From Actinomycetes bacterium (lineage in GTDB: Bacteria > Actinomycetota > Acidimicrobiia > Acidimicrobiales > UBA8190): a stretch of DNA of 61,969 nt. Position 1 is the stretch's first letter; each line of letters opens with the position of its first letter. A model generated the notes under the pieces. The model was not told the DNA's origin. It saw nothing but the letters and a program-made list of their open reading frames with translations, and made no database searches. The stretch lies in contig JAKAYQ010000001.1 of assembly GCA_021826725.1 (NCBI GenBank), positions 1-61,969 on the forward strand, in the 5' to 3' direction. Position numbers and translations under genes: made by a program. Of this stretch, positions 24,612 through 33,756 are shown piece after piece.

Positions 24612-25520
24612 TCAGATCGAGGTGACGACGCGTTCGAGGGCGGGGTATCCGATGAAGAACAAGAAGCCGGCGAAGAGCATCACGACGGGCAGGCTCATCT
24701 TTTCGCTGGCGGCCTGGTCGGCGGTTTCTGCTTCGGCGAGCTGGTGGGCGCGAAGCGACGTCGCCTTGGCGGCGAGGCTGGAGCGGACCTTGGCGCCTTC
24801 GGTTCCCGCCAGGGTGAGCGACGCGGCGAGCTCGGACAGTTCGCCGACGCGGAGCTCGGCGCCGAGCCGCCCGAGGGCGGCCCAGGGGGCCTGCCGGGCG
24901 AGGCGGGCCTGGTCGAGGGCCCGGCGCAGGTAGGCGAACGGCCATCCGCTGCCGACCCCCGCGGCGTCGCCGAGCGCGCTCTCGACCCCGCCGCCGCCGG
25001 CCAGCGCCACGACGACGAGGTCCAAGAAGCTGGAGAGCGCGTGGCGGAAGTCGCGGCGCCGTGCGGCGGCGTCGGCGTGGATGCCGAGGTCGGGGACGAC
25101 GAAGCCGGCCGCCCCGAGCACGAGCGCACCCCACAGCGGCAGCGCGAGGGGTAGGCGGCCGCCGTCGAGGACGACCAGGGCGCTCGTCGCCGGGACCACG
25201 AGCAGGCCGGCGAGCGCCGCGGTGAGCTTCTCGGCGAGGTGGCGCTCGGGGGTTCGCTCCAAGATGGCGAGGTCCCGGCGCACCCCGCCGGGCACCAGCC
25301 AGCCGGCCCCGGCGCGTTCTGCCAGCTCGGCGAGCGGGCGGCCGACCCGGGCCGCCATGCCGCCCCCGTCTCCTCCCGGGGCGAGCAGAGGGGCAGCCTC
25401 AGGGAGCCGGCGCAGCTGGGCGAGCGCCTCGGCGAGGGAGGGCCGGGGTGGGAACAGGCCGCGCGCCACCAGCCACAGCCCGAGCCCGGTGCCCGCTCCG
25501 AGCAGGAGGGCGGTGGTCAC
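24612..25520 (-). CDS. tadC: TadC-like type II secretion F-family membrane protein
   Basis: GTGA overlap. N-terminal TM, a cytosolic helical domain, and C-terminal TMs ...KMSLPVVMLFAGFLFFIGYP... Confidence 0.7.
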   Translation of the reverse strand: MTTALLLGAGTGLGLWLVARGLFPPRPSLAEALAQLRRLPEAAPLLAPGGDGGGMAARVGRPLAELAERAGAGWLVPGGVRRDLAILERTPERHLAEKLTAALAGLLVVPATSALVVLDGGRLPLALPLWGALVLGAAGFVVPDLGIHADAAARRRDFRHALSSFLDLVVVALAGGGGVESALGDAAGVGSGWPFAYLRRALDQARLARQAPWAALGRLGAELRVGELSELAASLTLAGTEGAKVRSSLAAKATSLRAHQLAEAETADQAASEKMSLPVVMLFAGFLFFIGYPALERVVTSI

Positions 25521-26386
25521 GGCCGCTCCCCGCCCAGGCGGGCCGGGCGCCCGGCGTCGGAAAGGCCGCCCAAGATCCGTTCGGGGGCGGCCGGGCGGGT
25601 CATGTGGGCCAGCCAGGCGAACGCTGCGGCGAACATGGCGCCGACGAGGAGGAGCACCACCTGGCCGAGGGCGCTGTCGTAGGGGGCGAGGTAGGACCGG
25701 TTGAGCAGCACCAGGCCCAGGGCGAGCCCCGCGGTGACCCCGACCACGACCTTGACCGAGGTGCGCGACCGGGCCCTGCCGGCCTCGACCCGGAGTCGCA
25801 TGGTGGCCTGGTCCCGGGCGGCCTGGGCGAGGGTGCCGAGCAGCTCGCCGAGGCGGGCCGCCTGGTGCTCGGCTGCGAGCACCAACGCGGCGACCACCAG
25901 GTCCATGGTCGGGTCCGCCACCTCGTCGGCGAAGGCCCGCAGGGCCGGGCCGAGCCGTTCGCCGTCGAGGCGCAGCGCCAGGGCGGCGATCTCGGCTCGC
26001 AGAGCGAGCGGGGCGACCGGGGCGGTGGCGACGATCGCCTGCTCCAGGCCCGCCGCGCCAGCCATCGTGTCGCGCAGCATCTCGGCCCAGGCGGCCACCG
26101 CCTCGATGCGCGCCAGCGCCTCGGCGCGGCCCTTGGCCCCGCCGAGCAGGCCCGGCAGCCCCCAACCCGCCGCCCCGGCGAGCAGCGCCCCGACCGGCCA
26201 GCCGGTCACCGCCCCGACCACCACCGCCCCCCCGGCGGCGAGGCCGAGACGAAGCGTCGCCCCCTCGACCCGCGGTCGTACCCACCGGTCCCGAGTTCCG
26301 GGAAAGGTGACGCCCCGCCAGCCGGCCCAGACGAGCACCACACCCAGGCCGACACCGGCGCCGAGCAGCGCCGAGAGGGCGCTCAC
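25517..26386 (-). CDS. tadB: TadB-like type II secretion F-family membrane protein
   Basis: GTGA overlap. Same architecture as 24612..25520. ...VKVVVGVTAGLALGLVLLN...VVLLLVGAMFAAAFAWL... Confidence 0.7.
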   Translation of the reverse strand: MSALSALLGAGVGLGVVLVWAGWRGVTFPGTRDRWVRPRVEGATLRLGLAAGGAVVVGAVTGWPVGALLAGAAGWGLPGLLGGAKGRAEALARIEAVAAWAEMLRDTMAGAAGLEQAIVATAPVAPLALRAEIAALALRLDGERLGPALRAFADEVADPTMDLVVAALVLAAEHQAARLGELLGTLAQAARDQATMRLRVEAGRARSRTSVKVVVGVTAGLALGLVLLNRSYLAPYDSALGQVVLLLVGAMFAAAFAWLAHMTRPAAPERILGGLSDAGRPARLGGERP

Positions 26387-27774
26387 CGCTCCCACCACCC
26401 GCCGGGGCGCTCCAAGAGGCCCGGGTCGAAGCCGACCGCCACCAGCTCCTCCAGCGTGTCGGAGCGAAGCGGCGAAGCGGGCACCGCCCGCCCCGAGGCG
26501 TCGGGGCGGAACACCTCGTTCGAAGTCACGAGCGGGCCTTCTGCGCCGGTCACCTCCCGGACAGAAGACACCACCCGCCGCTCGCCGTGGCGGGCGAGGT
26601 GGACGACGAAGTGCACGGCGTTGGCGACAAGCAGGTTGGTCGCCTCCAGCGGGAGGCGTTCGGGGGCCTGGATGGCGTAGGTGGCGAGCTTGGAGAACGC
26701 CCCGCGCGACGACGAGGCGTGAAGCGTGGCCATCGACCCGTCGGTGCCCTGGCTCATGGCGTTCAAAAGGGCGAGGACCTCTTCGCCTCGGGCCTCGCCG
26801 ACGATCACCCGGTCCGGGCTCATGCGAAGCGCCCAGCGCACCAGCTCGGCCAGGCTCACCCCGCCCTGGCCCTCCAAGTTGGGCTCTCTGGCTTCGAGGG
26901 CGACGCAGTCGGGGTGCAGGTCCGGGTAGCGCTCCAGGCCCAGCTCGAGCGAGTCCTCGATGGTGATGAGACGCTCCGCGGGTGAGATGTCGGCCGCCAT
27001 CGCCCGAAGCAGCGTGGTCTTTCCCGCCGCGGTCCCCCCGCAGATGATGCAGGACTTCTTGGCCACCATCAGCGCCCGGAGCAGCTCTCGCAGCGCCACG
27101 TCGAGCGTGCCGGCCCCGATCAGGTCGTCGAGGCTGACGCGCAGGTAGCGGTGGCGGCGCACCGAGACACACGGGCGTGCCGCGACGGCCATCACCGCGA
27201 ACAGCCGCGACCCGTCAGGCAGCTGCAGCGACAGGCGCGGCGATCCCCGGTCGAAGCGCCGCTCGCCGATCCCCGTGCGGGCCGCCGCGGTGCGCAGCAT
27301 CTCTTCGAGCTCTTCGTCGGAGGCGGCGATCGGACCGACCTGCTCCCGGCGGCCGTCCGCGTAGCGGACCCACACGACGTCGCAGCCGTTCGCGTTGATG
27401 TTCTCGATCGCCGGGTCGTCCAAGAGCCGCTGCAGGCGGTTCAGACGGAACAAGGCGTCGAAGACCGCCCGGGCCAAGCGTCCCTCTTCTTCCTCGGAGA
27501 GCACCTCCTCGCCGCCGGCGAGCGCGTGGCGGGCCCGGCGCTCCAACGCCTCAGAGATGAGCTGGCGGCCAAGTGCCTGCTCGTCGGCCAGCTGAAGCGA
27601 CCCCTGCCCGCTGTCCTGGCGGGCCCGGGTGGCCTCGCCGAGCCCAGCCAGTACCTCGGCCCGGAGCGCTTCGACCAGCGACTGCTCCGGCGCCGGCCCC
27701 CTCCCGGTGTTGGGTCGGGGGCGCGCCACCCCGTCGACCGAGACGGCGCCGGGCACGTCGTACTCGGCGGTCAC
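26383..27774 (-). CDS. cpaF: CpaF/TadA-family secretion ATPase
   Basis: Walker A CGGTAAGKTT. ...ITIEDSLEL..., ...RVIVGEARGEE... and ...GSMATLHA... boxes. GTGA overlap. Confidence 0.85.
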   Translation of the reverse strand: MTAEYDVPGAVSVDGVARPRPNTGRGPAPEQSLVEALRAEVLAGLGEATRARQDSGQGSLQLADEQALGRQLISEALERRARHALAGGEEVLSEEEEGRLARAVFDALFRLNRLQRLLDDPAIENINANGCDVVWVRYADGRREQVGPIAASDEELEEMLRTAAARTGIGERRFDRGSPRLSLQLPDGSRLFAVMAVAARPCVSVRRHRYLRVSLDDLIGAGTLDVALRELLRALMVAKKSCIICGGTAAGKTTLLRAMAADISPAERLITIEDSLELGLERYPDLHPDCVALEAREPNLEGQGGVSLAELVRWALRMSPDRVIVGEARGEEVLALLNAMSQGTDGSMATLHASSSRGAFSKLATYAIQAPERLPLEATNLLVANAVHFVVHLARHGERRVVSSVREVTGAEGPLVTSNEVFRPDASGRAVPASPLRSDTLEELVAVGFDPGLLERPGGWWER

Positions 27775-28679
27775 CGGCCCGGGCCTCCGCCGGGGGCACT
27801 GCCGTTGGTGGCCGCAGCGGCGCCGGGTTGCACGGCGAGCGGGGCGCTGGGAGGGCGGCCGAAACGCACCCGCAGCCGGGCAGCCACCGACGACGCCTCT
27901 GGGACCGCGGCCGCCGGCACCGGGGTGGGGGTGGGGGTGGGGGTGGGCGTCTCGGCCAGGCTGCGCGCCGCGCGCACGAGCGGTGAGAGGCGGAGCCGAC
28001 GGTCCGATGCCGGCACCGCGCCGAGCAGCTCGACAGCCCCCGGGTCCCACGGCAGGTGGCCGAGCACCTCGACCCCGAGCGCCTCGGCGACCTCGATGTC
28101 GGGGTAGGGGCCGTCGCCCACCAGCACCAGGCCGAGCTGTCCGGCGCGGAGGGTGCCGGCCTCGTCGGAGCGCTGCTCGAGGGCATTGGCGAGCGCGTTG
28201 AGGTCCGCGAGCCTCGGCCGGCTGGTCAGCACGACCCGGCTCGGCTCGGCTGACCCGAGCACAGGCAGGCCGGCCACAGGCAGGTCGGCCACCGGAGGTG
28301 GAAACCCTGTGTCGAGGCGGCCGACGTCGACCAGCACGTCGGCGTCGAGCTCGTCGAGGCGCGCCAGGAGACCGGCGAGGGTCGCCGTCGCGCCTCGCAC
28401 CTGGGCGCCGGAGCCCGGCGCGGCGAGCACCGACGCCCCTCCGGCCAGACGCTGGCAGTGCGCCCAGATCTGCTCGGGGTCGCTGCGGTGGCGGGCCGCG
28501 GCGCCGAGCGACACCAGGCTCGGCTCCGCCGGCCATCCCAACGCGGCGCCGATCGTCCCGCCGGCCGGGTCGAGCTCGACCACCAGCACCCGGCGTCTTC
28601 TCGGCCAGGTGGCGGCCAGCGCCACCGCCAGCGTCGTCGTCCCACACGAGCGCACCGAGGCGAGCACGAGCACCGCCAC
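27771..28679 (-). CDS. TadZ/CpaE-like ParA-fold protein with a degenerate P-loop
   Basis: MAVLVLASVRSCGTTTLAVALA (no GKT). Positioned upstream of cpaF as in actinobacterial tad loci. (TP)5 linker near the C-terminus. Confidence 0.55.
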   Translation of the reverse strand: MAVLVLASVRSCGTTTLAVALAATWPRRRRVLVVELDPAGGTIGAALGWPAEPSLVSLGAAARHRSDPEQIWAHCQRLAGGASVLAAPGSGAQVRGATATLAGLLARLDELDADVLVDVGRLDTGFPPPVADLPVAGLPVLGSAEPSRVVLTSRPRLADLNALANALEQRSDEAGTLRAGQLGLVLVGDGPYPDIEVAEALGVEVLGHLPWDPGAVELLGAVPASDRRLRLSPLVRAARSLAETPTPTPTPTPVPAAAVPEASSVAARLRVRFGRPPSAPLAVQPGAAAATNGSAPGGGPGR

Positions 28680-28681
28680 GC

Positions 28682-29362
28682 TCAGCTCCGGGCCCCGAGC
28701 TGGACCAGGCTCACCTCGCCTGCCGCGGCCAGCGACGCCACCCCGTCCGCCTCGGACCTCGCAACCTGCAAGGAGAACACCGTCGGGCCGCCCGAGGCGA
28801 CAGCAGCCGCCTGGACGCCGACCACCACCGCGTCGACCGGGCCGCCTGGTGCGGTCTGGGTGCTCGACGAGGCGGTCACCACCGGCACGACCTGCACCCG
28901 GTCGCCGGGGGCGAGACCCGGGGGGAACAGCCCCGCCTTGAGCGCGACCGCCACCACGTCCGCGCCGGCACCCACCGAAGCCCCCGAGCCGACCTCGCCT
29001 CGGGTGAGCAGCGCCCCGGCCACGAGCGCCAACGCCACCGGCCGGCCCACCACGCTCTGCTCGGAGCCGACCGGGACCACCCCGACGCCGGCGCCGGTCG
29101 AGACCCGCACCGCCCGCAGGTCGCCCGCCTGGAGGATCTCACCGGCGGCCAGCGGTCGGGCGACGACGAGCACGTCCTCGTGGCCGGCCAGGCTCAACGA
29201 CGCGTCGGCGAAGCCGAGCGCGCAGCCGACCACCAACAGCACCCCCACCACGACCAGCGGCACCTGGCGGCGCCGGCCAGCCCGCCGCCCCGGCGTCGTC
29301 TTGTTGCGGGACCCGGCGGGCCGGCCGCCGTCGGTCGAGGGTCGTGTCGCGGTGAGCGCCAT
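28682..29362 (-). CDS. cpaB: CpaB/RcpC-like SAF-domain pilus assembly protein
   Basis: N-terminal TM (VPLVVVGVLLVVGCALG), then ...VLVVARPLAAGEILQAGDL... SAF-like segment. Confidence 0.6.
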   Translation of the reverse strand: MALTATRPSTDGGRPAGSRNKTTPGRRAGRRRQVPLVVVGVLLVVGCALGFADASLSLAGHEDVLVVARPLAAGEILQAGDLRAVRVSTGAGVGVVPVGSEQSVVGRPVALALVAGALLTRGEVGSGASVGAGADVVAVALKAGLFPPGLAPGDRVQVVPVVTASSSTQTAPGGPVDAVVVGVQAAAVASGGPTVFSLQVARSEADGVASLAAAGEVSLVQLGARS

Positions 29363-29376
29363 CGGCGGGTCCTTTC

Positions 29377-30273
29377 TCAGCTGCCTCCGCTGCTCGGGGT
29401 GTTGATCGCCTGGGACTGGACCACCTCGACGCGGACCCGGGCGGCCGGGCCGGCCTGCACCCCGAGGCTGCCGCCGCCCGCCGCCCCCGTGGCGCTCCAC
29501 GTCACCGCCCAGTAGATGGTGGCCGTCACCGTGTAGGTCCCCGGCTGCGCCCAGGTGTACGAGCAGGTCGTCGTAGCGTCGGGGGCCGACGGGTCATACG
29601 GGCTGCCCGGCCCGGCACAGGTCACCTGCTGGCCGTCACCCATCGCCCAGACCACCTTGGTCGGCGCCGCCACCGCCGTCGTCGTCACCGGCCCCGCACT
29701 CGCCGAGGCGCTCACCGGGTGCCAGGCGGCCGGGTTCACCCACAGCCACGTCGCCACGTTCACCAGCTGGGCGTGAGGCACAGGGGGGGCCATCTCGATC
29801 ACCGGCGAAGACAGCCCGAGGGTCCTCGCCGCCCGCTCGGCCACCACCACCGGCGCCACCTGGAGCGCGACCACGACCGGCTTGGCGCCGGTCACCCAGA
29901 ACGGGGGCATCGGGTCGATCACCCCCGGCCCGGCGCACACCGGGAACACCCACTGGCCCGGCTGGGCGCCACCCACCCCGAGCGACGCGGTCGCCGACGG
30001 GCCACCCGCGCTGTAGGAGCAGCCATACGGCTGGTTCGGGTTCGGCTTGCCCGGCGGCGGATCGGGGCGCGCCGCCTGCGCCCAATGCGACCCCGACGGC
30101 GGCGTCCACTCGGTCACCCCAGCCTGCACGCTCAACTGGCCACCCGAGGCCTGCGCGGCGGCAGAGGTGTCCTGGCCGTAGGTGTCGCCTGCCCACGCTG
30201 GCGGAGTGCCGACGACAGAAGCGCCGAGCGTCAAGACCAGGATTGCCGCAACGGTCACGAGCCCGGCGCGCAC
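29377..30273 (-). CDS. secreted protein with a C-terminal PKD-like module
   Basis: Signal peptide VRAGLVTVAAILVLTLGASVVGTPPAWA. ...VVWAMGDGQQ...CSYTWAQPGTYTVTATIYW... resembles the PKD WxxGDG...Y..GxYxV pattern. An alternative GTG at 30258 would give a GTGA overlap. Confidence 0.5.
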   Translation of the reverse strand: MRAGLVTVAAILVLTLGASVVGTPPAWAGDTYGQDTSAAAQASGGQLSVQAGVTEWTPPSGSHWAQAARPDPPPGKPNPNQPYGCSYSAGGPSATASLGVGGAQPGQWVFPVCAGPGVIDPMPPFWVTGAKPVVVALQVAPVVVAERAARTLGLSSPVIEMAPPVPHAQLVNVATWLWVNPAAWHPVSASASAGPVTTTAVAAPTKVVWAMGDGQQVTCAGPGSPYDPSAPDATTTCSYTWAQPGTYTVTATIYWAVTWSATGAAGGGSLGVQAGPAARVRVEVVQSQAINTPSSGGS

Positions 30274-30869
30274 GTCCCCTCCGTCACCGTTTGCTTGGCA
30301 AGCCGCCACAAGCCGTCTGTCAGCACGAGCGTCGCGTGCACCCCGTCGTTCTCGGGCGGGGTGATCGGCGGCACCGGCTTGCCGGTCTTGGCGTACACGA
30401 GCACCGAGGTGCTGTAGGCGCAGTCGACAACCACCGCGGTCGAGCCGGACAGAGAGATGATCTTCGGATGCAGGGTCACCGTTCCCCGCCCGACCATCCC
30501 CTGGCGCTGGTCGGCCAACAGGTTCGCCTTCACCCCCTGCAGTTGCGGGTTGACCATGGTGGCCGCCAGCGCCGGATCCTCGGGATTGGCCGTCGCCAGC
30601 GCCTTCTGGAACGCCTTCGACGCCGCGCGGTAGGCGGCCAGGACCGCCGCTGCGTCCCCGCTGTCGGATGTCGATGTGGTTCTCGTGATGTCGGTGGGCC
30701 GCGGCGCGGTCCTCGAAGGGTGCGACGCGTCGGGGCTACCGCCACCGCAGGCCGCCAACAGCAACGAACCGACAGCAACCAGCGCCAGCACCCCCGCCGG
30801 CCGGCGGCGGTGTCGCAGGCCCGGCTTGACCGTCCCTTCGCTGCAGGTTGTGTGAGCAACCTCGTCCAT
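30255..30869 (-). CDS. lipoprotein, function unknown
   Basis: Lipobox ...GSLLLAACGGG... First gene of the tad-containing minus-strand block. Confidence 0.6.
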   Translation of the reverse strand: MDEVAHTTCSEGTVKPGLRHRRRPAGVLALVAVGSLLLAACGGGSPDASHPSRTAPRPTDITRTTSTSDSGDAAAVLAAYRAASKAFQKALATANPEDPALAATMVNPQLQGVKANLLADQRQGMVGRGTVTLHPKIISLSGSTAVVVDCAYSTSVLVYAKTGKPVPPITPPENDGVHATLVLTDGLWRLAKQTVTEGTCAPGS

Positions 30870-31015
30870 GGCTACTCCACCAGACGCTGGAAGGCTCCGG
30901 CGGTACCCTCCCTCCGATGTTGCCGCCGGGGGGCCCAGCGGCGACCGGTCTCACGTGAGGCGTCAAGGACCAGCGAAGCGAATCAGGCCGAGACGCCTTC
31001 AGCTTGGATGCTAGA

Positions 31016-31032
31016 TACGACGCGACGTAGTG
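31016..31032. promoter_or_regulatory. dyad TACGAC-GCGAC-GTAGTG (candidate BlaI-family operator, site 1 of 6)
   Basis: Lies in the divergent intergenic region between 30869 (-) and 31100 (+). Matches T(A/G)CGAY-N5-GTAGTN. Confidence 0.5.
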
Positions 31033-31099
31033 ATCCAGGCCGAAGGGGGTGCCGTTTGACCTGGTTAGGGACGAACCACCCATTGGGTATGTCCAAGCC

Positions 31100-32011
31100 A
31101 TGAGCGGAGCACGGCCTGATCCCGATGCGGCCCAGCGCGCCGAGCTGGCTGCCTTCTTGAAAGCACGCCGAGCGTTCCTCCAGCCAGAAGACGTCGGGTT
31201 GGCCATCTTGCCCGGGAGGCGTCGAGCGCCCGGCCTGCGACGCGAGGAGGTCGCCCAGCTCTCCGGGGTTGGCCTCACCTGGTACACCTGGCTGGAACAG
31301 GCCCGACCGGTCACCATCAGCCGAGCGGTGATCGAGGCGCTGGGCCGTGCCCTGTGCCTCGATCACGAGGCTCACGAGCACCTGCGCTGCCTGGCCGGGT
31401 TCCCCACCACCTCGCTCCCTCAGCTCGATGACCATGCCCGACCCGAACTCGGCCGTCTCCTCGACGCCATGCTGCCCGCCCCCGCCTGTCTGTTCGATCC
31501 GAGGTTCGATCTCCTCGCGTGGAACGACGCTTTCGCCAAGATCTGGCACCCGGCTGCCCTTCCCCCGCATCGGTGCAACGTCATGTGGCTCGCCTTCGCC
31601 GACCCGGCGCACCGGCAGGTCTGGGTCAACTGGGAGGAGCGCAGCCGGACGCTCCTGGCCGAGTTCCGCGCCGCTGCCGGCCGCCACGCCGGCGACCCCC
31701 GCTTCGCGGAGCTCGTCGACGCGCTCACCGCCACCAGCGCCGAGTTCCGCTCTTGGTGGACGCAGTACGAAGTGAAGCAGTCGATCACCGGGCCGCTCAC
31801 GATCCGTGTTCCGTCCATCGGCACCATCAACTACGACGTCGTCGACCTGCAGGTCTCGGCCACCGAAGCCCTCACGGTGTCGGTCCACGTGCCGGTCCGG
31901 CCATCGGACCACCGAAAGACGGCCGCCATCCTCACCATCCCCCGTCGCCGCACAGCGCAACTCCGAACCCTGGATGATCGTCGTCCGGTGTCGGCATCGA
32001 AGGCGGGATAA
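31100..32011 (+). CDS. XRE-type HTH regulator with an MmyB-like ligand-binding domain
   Basis: ...LRREEVAQLSGVGLTWYTWLEQAR... HTH, then ...FDLLAWNDAF...NVMWLAFADP... typical MmyB-like C-terminal domain. Confidence 0.7.
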   Translation: MSGARPDPDAAQRAELAAFLKARRAFLQPEDVGLAILPGRRRAPGLRREEVAQLSGVGLTWYTWLEQARPVTISRAVIEALGRALCLDHEAHEHLRCLAGFPTTSLPQLDDHARPELGRLLDAMLPAPACLFDPRFDLLAWNDAFAKIWHPAALPPHRCNVMWLAFADPAHRQVWVNWEERSRTLLAEFRAAAGRHAGDPRFAELVDALTATSAEFRSWWTQYEVKQSITGPLTIRVPSIGTINYDVVDLQVSATEALTVSVHVPVRPSDHRKTAAILTIPRRRTAQLRTLDDRRPVSASKAG

Positions 32012-32341
32012 CCTGGCTGCGACGAACCGCCCTCACACCTGGCACCTCTGCAGCGGATGGCCCGGGGCCGCGTCGACGGAGGCAATGCTCGGGATGAGAA
32101 CCCCGGTCCATGGCCGTGCCATGGTTGACTGCCAGCACCCCCGGGCGAGGAGGCGACTTCCCGACGAGAACCGACCCGCACGGCGAGCTGCGCCTCGCGG
32201 ACGGCCTCGATGCCGACGAGTAGTAGTGGGTTCCCGAGCATCTACTGCTTGGCGAGCAAAGCGAGGCCGGTGCGCATCGGGAGGTGGCCTCCGACGGTTT
32301 CGCCTCGACCTGGCGCCCCTCGTGCTTGGGACGAGGCTCGA

Positions 32342-33646
32342 TCAGCGAGGGTACGGCGCGGTCCACTGCGGGTGCGTCTTCCACGCTGGGGGTTGCCGGC
32401 GGCGTTTCGGGTCGGTCTCTTGGAGCAGCACGATGAGCACCAGGCCGGAGAGGGCGACGAGGGCGGCACCGGCCCAGAGCGCCGCGGTGATCCGGCCGAG
32501 GGCGGCGATAGCGCCCAGGACGAGCGGGCCGAGGGCGTAGCCGCTGTCGCGCCACAGCCGGTAGACGCCGAGGGCGCCGCCGCGCCACGTCGGCGAGGCG
32601 GTGTCGCCAACGGCGGTGATCAAGTTCGGGTAGGCGAGCGCCATGCCGAGGCCCATGACCGCCGCACCGGCGAACCAGACGTCGAGGCGCGGGGCGGCTA
32701 CGAACAGAGCCAGGCCGGCGGCAAGGAGGACGGTGCCGGCGGTGATGGGTAGCCGGCGGCCGATCCGGTCGGCCAGGGCGCCGGAGACTACCTGGCCGAG
32801 CCCCCACACCCAGGCGTAAACCCCGACGATCACACCGACCTCGGCAAGCGACACGCCGCGACGAAGAAGGTAGAGGGGGAAGAAGGCGGCGACCAGGCTG
32901 TCGGCGAACTTGTTGAACAGCCCCGCCTGGCAGACCGCCAGCATGGAGCGGTCGTGCCAGCTCATGTAGGCCGCGATCCTGCTGAGGCCGGGGGCGGGCC
33001 GCTCTTCTTCAATGGTGGTGGCCGCACGGCTCGCCTGGTTTGCCGCCTCCGAGCGGGCGAAGTGGACCGTTTCGGTGGCCGGCCCGAGGGTGACGAGTGC
33101 GCCGAGGGCGACCACCCCGAGGGCGAGCAGGTAGGGGGCGGGCCGAAGCCCGTAGGAGGCGACGAGGAAACCTGCCGCCATGCCCCCGAGGCCGGTGCCG
33201 ACGTAGCCGGCCGACTCGTCGAGGCCGACGGCGAGCCCGCGGCTCTCCGGCCCGACGAGGTCGATCTTGGCGGTCACCGACATCGTCCAGGTCAGCGCCT
33301 GGTTCACCCCCAAGAAGAGGTTGGCGACGATCACCTGCCACCAGGCGGTGGCGAAGATGATGATCAGCGCGTAGGGGAGGGCGAATGCCCAGCCGGCGAG
33401 CAGGAGGCCTTTTCGGCCGCGCCGGTCCGACAGGTGCCCCGAGACGAGGTTCATTGCGGCCTTCACCGCCCCGAACGCGGAGATGAAGCTCACGGTCGAA
33501 AGGACCGAGGTGATCCCGAAGGACTCGTGGGCGAGTGGTGGCAGAGCGACGCGCTCGACGCCGATGGTCATGCCTACGAGCAAGGTGATGGCCGTGTACA
33601 GGGCGAACTGCCACCAGTTCTCGCGAAGGCCGAGACGGTGTCGCAT
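32342..33646 (-). CDS. MFS transporter
   Basis: About 12 hydrophobic segments. ...GHLSDRRGRKG... and ...GALADRIGRR... MFS loop motifs. ATG at 33646. Confidence 0.75.
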   Translation of the reverse strand: MRHRLGLRENWWQFALYTAITLLVGMTIGVERVALPPLAHESFGITSVLSTVSFISAFGAVKAAMNLVSGHLSDRRGRKGLLLAGWAFALPYALIIIFATAWWQVIVANLFLGVNQALTWTMSVTAKIDLVGPESRGLAVGLDESAGYVGTGLGGMAAGFLVASYGLRPAPYLLALGVVALGALVTLGPATETVHFARSEAANQASRAATTIEEERPAPGLSRIAAYMSWHDRSMLAVCQAGLFNKFADSLVAAFFPLYLLRRGVSLAEVGVIVGVYAWVWGLGQVVSGALADRIGRRLPITAGTVLLAAGLALFVAAPRLDVWFAGAAVMGLGMALAYPNLITAVGDTASPTWRGGALGVYRLWRDSGYALGPLVLGAIAALGRITAALWAGAALVALSGLVLIVLLQETDPKRRRQPPAWKTHPQWTAPYPR

Positions 33647-33756
33647 CGCCGGCAACGGCGAGACCGGCGTGGTCACCCGGCGACGACGGGCCGGTGACGA
33701 CGGGCCGGCTGCGCCGGTGCCGGCATCGGGACCAGCGGAGGGCGGCTGCGGGTGGG

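Noticed and set aside
32012-32341. The 330-bp stretch after the MmyB-type gene, including ORF 31831..32241 (MLGNPLLLVGIEAVREAQLAV...).
   Set aside because: There is no motif and codon bias is mixed. It may be a gene fragment, but I cannot support a call.
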